A program made the translations under genes and the position numbers. Of a stretch of 64,000 bases of DNA, positions 19,501 to 27,158 are shown in pieces (within the stretch, counting starts at the first letter, position 1; each line of letters opens with the position of its first letter). The stretch is from a virus (taxonomy: Duplodnaviria; Caudoviricetes), in the IMG/VR virus record IMGVR_UViG_3300037041_001930. One strand, 5' to 3'. A model generated the notes under the pieces. It saw only the letters and a list, made by a program, of their open reading frames with translations, was not told the origin of the DNA and did not search any database.

Positions 19501-22293
19501 ATCCCCGAGGACATTGAAGAGCCCCCTGAGCTGCCCCGCAGATTTATTCTGTTGTTCCCATGTCGAGGCATCGAGTCCAGGGGGTGCATTACCCCTGGGC
19601 TTCGAGGCCCCCGTGATCCTGGAGATCAAGGAGTCGTAGGGATTCCCGGCGCCTTTACCCAGGGTGTCGATGTCGATGACACCTGTGTTAAACGGCTCGG
19701 CTTCCTGCTTCATGATGTTGAATGCACGGTCCCCAATCGTGCTCGCCAACATCAATCTGAGATCTGGGGGGAGCCCAGCGAACAATGGGCTGTCTTTAAC
19801 AGTCCCATTCGCGAACTCAATGGCCCCCTGCATCAACTTGGCATCCACCAGCATCTTGGCGCCGCGTTTGTACCCGGCACCTAGCATGTTTAACTTGGAT
19901 TCATCACCAAGATTGTTGATATAGTTCTGTTTTCCCTGTCTTACATTAAAGGCTTGGAGAGGGGACAATGCAGTACCCCAGAAACCCATACCATGGCCAC
20001 CGTTTGCGAATGTGTTCTGGGCAACCTGAGCAATCTTCTCGTCTTCGTACCCCGTGGTATCCGTGAGCAGCCCATACGCCCATCTCCCGATATCCAGTGT
20101 GGACGAGACACCCTCCATGATTACGGCGCCAGCTGCAGTGTTCGCACTCAGAGCACGGATTCCCTTGAGGACAGAAGCTAGTCTAACAGCGGAGGATGCC
20201 CCAGCGGCGGCCCCACTACTCGGAGATCCCGTGAGGACTCTAGCAGTGGATTTCATGCGATCGAGAGCACCAGTGTAAGCCTTCCCTGCAGTAGCCGCGG
20301 GGTTCAGCACTGCGCCTGCAACGGACTTCGTGGCATCAATGGGGTGCCTGACGGTTTGATAAACCTTGTTCAGGATTCCCGTGGGGCTGGCCCCTGGGGG
20401 CGCACTGGCCTTCACGGCATCCTGGGTGGCCTTGTCGAGTCCACGCCACCAGAGCTGCTGGGCACCGAAATGTGCGGACATGTCCAGGGTCTGCTGGCCA
20501 ATGTTGAGAGCTGAACTCTTGATCCATTCAGATGTCGGGACATCTACGTTCGTGGGGTTGTTCCACCTGTTATAGATTGCCCCGCCAACGCCGGCTAGGG
20601 TGCCCCATAAAGGCATACCAATAAGGCTACCATTCCTGGACATCAGCGCTGACGCCATTATCCCAGCGTTCTGAGTCACGTTTCCGAAATTATCACGATC
20701 ACGAAGTTCTCGATAGAGATCAGACCCGGGTGGAATCTTTTTGTCCAGGATGGAGTTCACCCTGGCCTGGGCTTCCTGCACAGGTAACCCACGAACCTCG
20801 TGGAGTGCATCCTGCATCGCATTGAAGTGGTTGTGATAATTGATGACATTGGGGTCCCCCCCAACAATCCTAGCCCCCTTCTTATCGATCCGGTTTATGT
20901 TGAGATCAGTCGGCATGAATGGGGCTGCTACAGGAGTGCATGCCCCGAGTCTCGGCAAGAATAGTTCAACTGGTACGTCGAGAAAGTTGGAAAGCGAACT
21001 AGCGACTTCAGCGACGGGGCGTGTCCCCGAACTCACCATGTTATGGTGATCTTTGATTGCGCGTAAGGTGTGGTCAACTTGGAGTTGAGCCCGGATCCCA
21101 GACTCAGATTTTACCCTCTCATAAACTCGAGTCGCGGCTGCAACAGCATTATCCAGGAACTCTGGGTTCTTCTCACTCCACTGCTGGATCTCAGCCGGAG
21201 TCTCCGGGATCCCCATCTTGAGGAACTCAGTGGCCATGGTATGCGCGGGGTTCAGGGGATCCCCAGCCGCAGCCTTCATCCCAGTGGTGACATCGGCGAT
21301 GTAGCCAGCACGCAGCTTGGCCCCGAGATTCCGAGATTCCGGGTGATCTGGGTTATCTACGAACGCAGACAACATACCCTCGGGGTTCAGCCCCTTATTC
21401 GCGGTGTCCACGCGGTACGCCTTCAAGGCGTCGGCAAGATTTGATGGTTTCCCTGTCCTCTCGGATTCAATGATCGCTGCCTGCGCTGACTTCAGGAGCA
21501 TGTAATCATCGGTGTTGGGTTCACCATTCTCTAGGTGTAATAAAACTGGAAGTCCAGTTTTCCTATGAGTGTGGTAGTCCACTGCGGTATCAATGATGTC
21601 TCTGGCAGTCTTGTCCGCAGAAGCACGGTTCCAGATGTCACCAGTGGCACCAGTATCGGCTTTCCAGAATCTAATGATTTTATCAGTGGGTGCCCCAGAC
21701 GCCTTTCCGACTTCCCAGGCCTGGGCAGCAAAGTATCTCTTGGCCATCCAGGCCTTCGCGGCCTCGTCAGGATTCGGCCCATCCAGTTTCGGAGGCGGTG
21801 CCCATCTGGAATCAAACTTGAACTCGCCATCCTTGGCCTGGGCATCACTGGCCAACATGTCGACGTATTGGTCGCGAACCCCAGGTGACAGTGTCTTTGG
21901 TATCGCGGCGAGATCAGGGGTCATCGTGGCGGCACCATCGTTGACCTGCTTGGTGAGCTCCTTCGAGGGAGTCTTGCCGCCTGCGATGGTATCGACGAGA
22001 TCACTGACCCCTGGGATCCTCATGGCTCCAATAGAAGTCAGGGCCGCTCGAGCCTTATCTGGGTAATTCTTGATCCAGATGTAACCCGCGGCGCCAAGAC
22101 CACCGATGGCAGCCAACCAGATCCATGTATCGGACTTTTCTTCATCCTCGTCGTCATCCGGGGTCCGGGAGTTCGCGGCGAGTTTACGTGTCTTACCATG
22201 CCCAAAGAAATTGGGCGTGTTATTGCGGAGTTCATCAATAGGAAAATGAGCGCGTCGATTCTTGACGCGCTTGATCTCCGACTTTGGTTTCAT
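16588..22293 (-). CDS. Very large (1901 aa) protein with N- and C-proximal hydrophobic helices; possible ejection/internal or tape-measure-like protein
   Basis: WIWLAAIGGLGAAGYIWI near the N-terminus, LAAIPVGLVLMLMGGKAGAIMGALVLGGGAYGAY near the C-terminus, two KLAA motifs; adjacent to the portal-like gene. Function is inferred. Confidence 0.7.
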   Translation of the reverse strand: MKPKSEIKRVKNRRAHFPIDELRNNTPNFFGHGKTRKLAANSRTPDDDEDEEKSDTWIWLAAIGGLGAAGYIWIKNYPDKARAALTSIGAMRIPGVSDLVDTIAGGKTPSKELTKQVNDGAATMTPDLAAIPKTLSPGVRDQYVDMLASDAQAKDGEFKFDSRWAPPPKLDGPNPDEAAKAWMAKRYFAAQAWEVGKASGAPTDKIIRFWKADTGATGDIWNRASADKTARDIIDTAVDYHTHRKTGLPVLLHLENGEPNTDDYMLLKSAQAAIIESERTGKPSNLADALKAYRVDTANKGLNPEGMLSAFVDNPDHPESRNLGAKLRAGYIADVTTGMKAAAGDPLNPAHTMATEFLKMGIPETPAEIQQWSEKNPEFLDNAVAAATRVYERVKSESGIRAQLQVDHTLRAIKDHHNMVSSGTRPVAEVASSLSNFLDVPVELFLPRLGACTPVAAPFMPTDLNINRIDKKGARIVGGDPNVINYHNHFNAMQDALHEVRGLPVQEAQARVNSILDKKIPPGSDLYRELRDRDNFGNVTQNAGIMASALMSRNGSLIGMPLWGTLAGVGGAIYNRWNNPTNVDVPTSEWIKSSALNIGQQTLDMSAHFGAQQLWWRGLDKATQDAVKASAPPGASPTGILNKVYQTVRHPIDATKSVAGAVLNPAATAGKAYTGALDRMKSTARVLTGSPSSGAAAGASSAVRLASVLKGIRALSANTAAGAVIMEGVSSTLDIGRWAYGLLTDTTGYEDEKIAQVAQNTFANGGHGMGFWGTALSPLQAFNVRQGKQNYINNLGDESKLNMLGAGYKRGAKMLVDAKLMQGAIEFANGTVKDSPLFAGLPPDLRLMLASTIGDRAFNIMKQEAEPFNTGVIDIDTLGKGAGNPYDSLISRITGASKPRGNAPPGLDASTWEQQNKSAGQLRGLFNVLGDRDLRDIARTSVAATHDRVRTTVRDALDTSPLYMHLPAAYKDQLAQRAQAHWQSKTDGIVNNLESVKTHDELASVLSQASTAIAPATQQINDFSTGAGFGEKPRFDISRNSPHAIHRGVQGILDTLMDPQDIQALGAPETTKLITDSTGLTPEQIMAKARVKTTDYTDVMKPKMLQRGALRKQEIVDDLKKNGLGDLLVEYRGSDRTSDKYSWGGKTFGGPGNPMNSRYGFDSMGGDSLKNQRIVLEDRREAAKAAAYQRLDIDPKDPNAESIFQAKLSRLPETTAKAVLAPFTRANASLHALNQDVRSQGGHTLGGAAGFERFKDNTFVNPEATNKLLQELGEKYGFDKVEPPAVQGRYYVDAKGNSHDLAEGQEAPKGFKEQAYGFDSSKWDPQGDNAPAWTFNKTTGRIMQVSPEAIRRGYQVDSPLTNPGLYLTGVSRYQTAHPEFWAAKSPETFKNMDAYWRQHQAKAGEAPDPFQPAPEYIMGADGKPTQSIGEGANARPVTREDVITHMHENPKVYRDMFPGGFRGHSTPQTPPGDPAEQSWSSAYWDKRAGGNRAQAIKDYEAYRKNLTKVEAPKAPVVPLPQEPAKVKPTEIQPVKPVVSNTPPVIGNPKKAFAKVWGRGCKLAAESADGGTPLENVVKPMRPLAEGAIDWAKNMMGMQKQPTSQPPPATPDAGDMGKTYTNSIKTPPSAPQPPPGTGGNTGTPALTQQEKSDAVAKSQAAKRKSTQAPQTTATSTTVSATTQATPTSPDATKPPQAPSVWDQAKAKAQEGMDWAQKYNLDLAAIPVGLVLMLMGGKAGAIMGALVLGGGAYGAYQRYQSLNNAGGEIPPPTDPDLLAQIKADPKKMDDYRAKVVKERLEVMRQASADEGKWQQWMKSPDNARFFNSLELAHDFMPSFLKSRVEASDPYFKGINDDQFEALLAYLTGNRIGKPKASRWSLTGLANNTDLKLRSWGLAGGKKP

Positions 22294-24161
22294 TGGGGAG
22301 CTCCGCCACCAGGGGCCTGACCTCCCTGCCCACCCTGGAGAAGCATTTGCTGGCCCTGTGACGAGGCCTGCTGACGTATTTCATCCAGCTTGGCCTTGAC
22401 GAGGCCATGGAGATCTTTGTTGCCTTCGCGAAGCGCCTTGAGCTGCTGCTTGCGGTCGTACTCGGGCATCCCGGCTAATTGACCCGCGATCTGCTCGGCC
22501 TGGGAAGCCATGCCGCCCAGGGTACTCGCATTTGCGCCGCCACCTGCGGGGAGTCCCCCCATAGGAGATCCACCCATGGGCATACCAGGAGGTGGAGGTG
22601 CACCGGCACCGCCTTGCTGCTGGGCCTGCTGTTGCTGCAGCATCGCCGAGGGGCTCTGGGCTCCGGCGAGGGCACTGACAGCTCCCATCTCCTGATCCTT
22701 GACCGCCTTGTCGTCCTGCTCCTTCTGGAGCTCCTGGATAAACTCTTGATGCTTGAAGACTTTCCTGGCCTCGTCGCCGGCGAGGACACCCAGGGGTTCC
22801 AGCGCGGTCTGAGGACTGATCTGATTCGCAGCCATGAGCTGCATGAGAATGTTCTTGCGTTCCTGGTCGTCAGCAATGGTACTCCGCTGAATCCGGACAT
22901 CGGTTTCCTCGAGACCAAAGTTGCGTGCGGCAACTTTAACGATCCATTGCAGGATCGAGGTGTACATCGCGGGCACCGCAGACCACGCGGACTCAAACAG
23001 ACGCAGGGCCATCGGAGCCGCCTGTGCTGTCAGTGTCATCTGGTGGTACTCAAGTGGGACATTGCACTGGTTCAAGGATTCCTGCTGACGGAACTTCAAC
23101 TTGTCCGCGGGGAGGAGATCCTTGCCCTCACCACCCAGGAACTGGTAGTTCACGGGGTACGGTGCGGTGTGGTAAGACATGGGTTCAGCGCGATGTGCAT
23201 TGATGATACGATTCATACCACCAACGAAGTTGTCCATGCCATGCTGGATCATGGGGTCGTTCTGATTCGCCATTGCTGGAGAAATCAAACGGAGGCCCAG
23301 GGTGTAGTCCGATGCAATGGCTTGGTCGGCACGGTTCAGGATCTGCTGCAACCAGAATGTCCGGAAGTTGGAGATCGAGGCGGGGACACCCCAGCCACGA
23401 GTCCGCATCCCCGAGATCACGGGTTCATCGACGTGGTAAATCATGTCCTCGTCGAAGAGGAGACGACCATTAACCGCGACGGCCTCGAGGACCTCGATGG
23501 GAGTGTCATCAATGAAGATGCGGGCCTTCGACATGATGTCTTGACGGAAGTCGTTGGGGATCCTCCACCAAATGTTCTTGCGCTGGGACCAGAAGTTCTG
23601 GGCGAGCTCGATCTCGAAGGGGGAGTACCGGAGGACACGGATCCGGGAGATATCGGGATCCTTGCGATCCCGGAGCACGAAGTCCTGGGTATTCCCACAG
23701 GAAGGGCATGGCTTCTTGCGGAGCCAGCGGACCCCTCGCTGAGAAGTCAGATCAATGGTGTAATCGACATGCTTGATGGGCTGCTCGAAGTAGCAGTGTG
23801 GGCATGACAGGTTACGCTTGAATGGTAAGTATATGGACAGGAAGCAGTTACCATAACATAGGAAATCGGATCCTGCCGCCTTTAGCTCGCGGCTATAGTT
23901 GAGATGCTTCTGGAAGAGATCCTTGAACTCGGACTCCTCATTCTCGGAGAGTGCCGGGAATTGAACATTGGTAATGAAATGTGCGATGACACGCCCGAAA
24001 GCAGAACGATAGTTGCCATCGGTGAGCCAGAGGTACTGGGCCCACCACATGATGAGCTCATGGTTAGTGGGCATCACCGTGGAGGCATAGTCGAGCCAGG
24101 GGACATGGAGTTGACGTACGGCCTGGCCGCGATCCCCACCATTGACATTGAGATTCGCCAT
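22290..24161 (-). CDS. Putative portal protein with zinc-ribbon insertion, 623 aa
   Basis: Portal-like segments DFLCYGNCFLSIY, RVLRYSPFEIEL, RGWGVP, then a helical region; CPHC...CPSC insert; Q/G/P-rich tail. Resemblance judged by eye only. Confidence 0.55.
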   Translation of the reverse strand: MANLNVNGGDRGQAVRQLHVPWLDYASTVMPTNHELIMWWAQYLWLTDGNYRSAFGRVIAHFITNVQFPALSENEESEFKDLFQKHLNYSRELKAAGSDFLCYGNCFLSIYLPFKRNLSCPHCYFEQPIKHVDYTIDLTSQRGVRWLRKKPCPSCGNTQDFVLRDRKDPDISRIRVLRYSPFEIELAQNFWSQRKNIWWRIPNDFRQDIMSKARIFIDDTPIEVLEAVAVNGRLLFDEDMIYHVDEPVISGMRTRGWGVPASISNFRTFWLQQILNRADQAIASDYTLGLRLISPAMANQNDPMIQHGMDNFVGGMNRIINAHRAEPMSYHTAPYPVNYQFLGGEGKDLLPADKLKFRQQESLNQCNVPLEYHQMTLTAQAAPMALRLFESAWSAVPAMYTSILQWIVKVAARNFGLEETDVRIQRSTIADDQERKNILMQLMAANQISPQTALEPLGVLAGDEARKVFKHQEFIQELQKEQDDKAVKDQEMGAVSALAGAQSPSAMLQQQQAQQQGGAGAPPPPGMPMGGSPMGGLPAGGGANASTLGGMASQAEQIAGQLAGMPEYDRKQQLKALREGNKDLHGLVKAKLDEIRQQASSQGQQMLLQGGQGGQAPGGGAPQ

Positions 24162-24173
24162 GGGGTCAGCGCC

Positions 24174-24371
24174 TTATCGGGGGCTCGGGTGGTAGTCGCG
24201 TAACAGAGTGGCCTGAGCACATGAGCGCTGGATGTCTTCGGCGGCGACTTCATCACTTATCCCGACAACAGCGAAAACACGGGAGTTCATACGAATCGCG
24301 GTTTCGGCCCCGGCGTCTTCAGCGATCGCGGCGAGCACGGGTTCCGTCGAGGCATTAGCGCAGTGTGGCAT
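24174..24371 (-). CDS. Small hypothetical protein (~65 aa)
   Basis: Fills the gap between the portal-like gene and an upstream promoter-like element; ATG 24371 preferred to TTG 24383. Confidence 0.55.
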   Translation of the reverse strand: MPHCANASTEPVLAAIAEDAGAETAIRMNSRVFAVVGISDEVAAEDIQRSCAQATLLRDYHPSPR

Positions 24372-24404
24372 AGGAGTTCCCAATCTAGGTAGCAGCGGTG
24401 TCCC

Positions 24405-24432
24405 AGCGTACCCCGGGGGGCAAATCGGACAA
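24405..24432 (-). promoter_or_regulatory. Sigma70-like promoter TTGTCC-N16-TACGCT
   Basis: Intergenic, just after the stop of 24435..; same TTGTC(C/G)GAT start and 16-nt spacer as the element at 37142-37169. Confidence 0.45.
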
Positions 24433-24434
24433 GG

Positions 24435-25316
24435 CTACTGGGCGACGGGAACAATCACGAAGACGAAATACAGCTTGTTGTCCTTCTCAGCTGACCACCC
24501 CCCATAGATGCACTGATACGAGTTCGCATCGATCTGGAGTTGTAGAGGTGCCTTGGCACCCGCGGGGTTGGGTTCGTAGATGGTCTCGGCGTCGGCATCA
24601 TAGATCAGGATGATGATGCTGGGACTCAGGATGATGTCGTCGACCTGGGAGCGCACCTTGCTGCCATCTGCGGGCATGAAGACGACACGGCGGCGTGGGG
24701 GCTTCGGAGGCGGCACGTGAACCGCTGGGGTCACCGGGGCTCCACGGGGCACCCGCTCCGCCATCACAGGGGTCTCCTCGGCAATCTTGACCGTAGGGGT
24801 CACTGCGCGGACTTCACCTGCGTCTCCAACAGTTACCGACTTTGTGGCATTGATGCGACTGCCCCCTGCTGCGGTGCCATCTGAAGCGAACACCTTGGGC
24901 TTGAAACCCTCGGGGTCACTGGGTATCCCAAACTTGTCGACATCGGCATTAGACTGAATCAGGATCGGGCGTTCGGAGAGCCCGAGATCACGGGAGCTCA
25001 TCACGGCACCCTTGCCACGTTTCGCGGGGCCATCACCACGTTGGACCTCGACTGCCCTTGGCTTCATGACCACGGTGGCACCATCGGGGAGACCATCCTG
25101 GTTCGCGGCGAGGAGGACTTCCTGTGCGGTTCCCTGAGGATTCGGGGACTGCAGGGTCACGATGCCATCGGCATCTGCACTCTCGGCCACCGATGGCGTC
25201 GAGGCCTGGCGGCGATCAATGTGCTGGTCGAGATGGTACTCGACACGCTCCAGGGGTTCACGTGTTTTGGGAGTAGGGCTCAGCGAGTCCACGGCTGCGT
25301 CGAATTCACCTGGCAT
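24435..25316 (-). CDS. Hypothetical protein (~293 aa)
   Basis: ORF 24435..25364 with the start moved to ATG 25316 (MPGEF) to avoid overlapping 25351..26214. Confidence 0.75.
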   Translation of the reverse strand: MPGEFDAAVDSLSPTPKTREPLERVEYHLDQHIDRRQASTPSVAESADADGIVTLQSPNPQGTAQEVLLAANQDGLPDGATVVMKPRAVEVQRGDGPAKRGKGAVMSSRDLGLSERPILIQSNADVDKFGIPSDPEGFKPKVFASDGTAAGGSRINATKSVTVGDAGEVRAVTPTVKIAEETPVMAERVPRGAPVTPAVHVPPPKPPRRRVVFMPADGSKVRSQVDDIILSPSIIILIYDADAETIYEPNPAGAKAPLQLQIDANSYQCIYGGWSAEKDNKLYFVFVIVPVAQ

Positions 25317-25350
25317 CTTGTATTCCTTGTACGACAAGGCTAGATGGGGT

Positions 25351-26214
25351 TCACTGAGCGTCAAGCCCTGCTATGTAGCCGTCGAGGTCGCTGCCATTGA
25401 TCTCGGTGAGTAAAACACGCTCCCAGAGCACACGGACTCCATTGAGATTCCGCTTGGCTTCTGGGGTGTCACCCTCGAGGTCGGCATAGGGAACGAAGGC
25501 ATCAAGGGTGCCCGGATCAGTCTCCTGTGTCGAGACTATCCAGTTGTGGTTCCCTGCCGTATTGGTGTCGAAAGGATGCAACAGTGTGAAGTCCGCGAAG
25601 AGGAGGCTGCGAGGTGCCACCCCAGCGGCGACGAGATCCTGGAGCATGGTCTTCATGGGGTCAATGTTGGGGCGACCAATGATATTGATCCAGATGTTCC
25701 GAGTAATCGCGGCACAGGCCTTGAAGAAGGCGACCTGATCCCCGGTGATCAGAGACTTGCCATCATAGGCGTCGTGGAGGATAAAATCGTAGGGGTAATT
25801 GTCACGCGGGCTCCCCGCGATGAGGGGGATCATGGCGAGGGCATCAGCGGTGAATACCCGAAGACGGCCGGACTCGATGGCAGCATTGACCTCAGGGAAT
25901 CCTTGCTTGCACAAATGGACTGCCACGGGGTCAATTTCGATGACATCGATGCGGACCCCAGGGAAGTTGGTGAGCACGGCGACGGCACCGGCACCACTGC
26001 CGAGACCAATCATGAGACCTCTCCCCCTTGGGTTCATCGCTGCGGCGGCAAGCCACCCCAGGGTGTACGGGGATGCCGAGACGACACCGGGGCCGCCGTG
26101 CTTAGACGGGGGATCCAGGAACGCGGCACCCTGGACCTGCCCATTGATTCGGAGCTGGCGTGCGCCATTGACGTCGATGACATCGACGACGCCGAACATA
26201 CCCGGGGCCATCAT
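25351..26214 (-). CDS. Spermidine-synthase-like class I SAM-dependent transferase
   Basis: LMIGLGSGAG (motif I), IDVIEIDPVAV, FTADAL, YDFILHDAYDG. Confidence 0.8.
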   Translation of the reverse strand: MMAPGMFGVVDVIDVNGARQLRINGQVQGAAFLDPPSKHGGPGVVSASPYTLGWLAAAAMNPRGRGLMIGLGSGAGAVAVLTNFPGVRIDVIEIDPVAVHLCKQGFPEVNAAIESGRLRVFTADALAMIPLIAGSPRDNYPYDFILHDAYDGKSLITGDQVAFFKACAAITRNIWINIIGRPNIDPMKTMLQDLVAAGVAPRSLLFADFTLLHPFDTNTAGNHNWIVSTQETDPGTLDAFVPYADLEGDTPEAKRNLNGVRVLWERVLLTEINGSDLDGYIAGLDAQ

Positions 26215-27158
26215 GCCGACTGCAACTCAGGATGGGTATGGTCAGCAGGGGCGTACTTCCGACGTAGTTTAGTGGGTCTGACATCCCCACTGTAGGGGTC
26301 ATCAGATGACCGACGTTTCTTTGTAGACTCCACAGGACGATTAGACATTTTGTATAAGAGATACAATAGTCCAGCAGTGGCTACACCAGCAGTACCCAGG
26401 ACAAGAGGTGATGTCAAAGTTTTAACAGCATCGCCCATGTTTTCGACACCACGTGATGTCCGCTCACCAGTGGCGGCTACATCTTTAGAAAGTTGTTCAA
26501 CATTCTTCGCCGTATTTGCCGTACTTGTCAAGCCTTCAACAACTGGTTTATTTGATTCCTCGATGAGTTTCTTGGAGGCTCCAGCTGCCCCCTCGAAAGC
26601 ATTGGCTGCACTACTAATTGACTTCGCAGATCTAGCGGCTTCCAACCCAAGACCAATTCCAGCTTTAACACCGATATTCTTCATGATTGCGTCAGTTCCA
26701 GCCCTTGATTTCAAGGGGTCAAGAATGGCAAGCGCACGCTGGGGATTCGCAGATGAAATCTCGAGCTGTCCCCCCTTCGTAGTGGGGTGATCAATCCGCA
26801 TCGTAAATGCCCCTGGATTTTTGGGGTCTGGTGACCAGATATTAGATTTAGATAGATCGGGTTGTCCTTTACCTGCTTTTAAGGCATCTTGGAGTTCGCT
26901 GTGTCCAGCGTGTAAGTGGCCCCCACGCATTGCGTGTCGCTGCCCCTTCGTAGTCGCCAGTGCCCCTATCGCAGAGAAAGTTGCGGCTTGCAGTGGATCG
27001 ATGGGTTGTCCACGAATCTTATCAATGGCAATGGGAATGGTGCCACCAGCTACACCTGTGGCCACTGGCCAAATGATGTCACGGAGTGCCGCCGCCGCCT
27101 CCTTTTGCATGGCCACTTTACGAGTGAGATAAAACAACATGATCTGTGCTGGGCTCAT
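26211..27158 (-). CDS. Membrane-anchored hypothetical protein, 315 aa, AT-richer than neighbours
   Basis: Leader ...LTRKVAMQKEAAAA; hydrophobic IIWPVATGVAGG and LVLGTAGVATAGLLYLLY; ATGA overlaps at both ends. Confidence 0.75.
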   Translation of the reverse strand: MSPAQIMLFYLTRKVAMQKEAAAALRDIIWPVATGVAGGTIPIAIDKIRGQPIDPLQAATFSAIGALATTKGQRHAMRGGHLHAGHSELQDALKAGKGQPDLSKSNIWSPDPKNPGAFTMRIDHPTTKGGQLEISSANPQRALAILDPLKSRAGTDAIMKNIGVKAGIGLGLEAARSAKSISSAANAFEGAAGASKKLIEESNKPVVEGLTSTANTAKNVEQLSKDVAATGERTSRGVENMGDAVKTLTSPLVLGTAGVATAGLLYLLYKMSNRPVESTKKRRSSDDPYSGDVRPTKLRRKYAPADHTHPELQSA

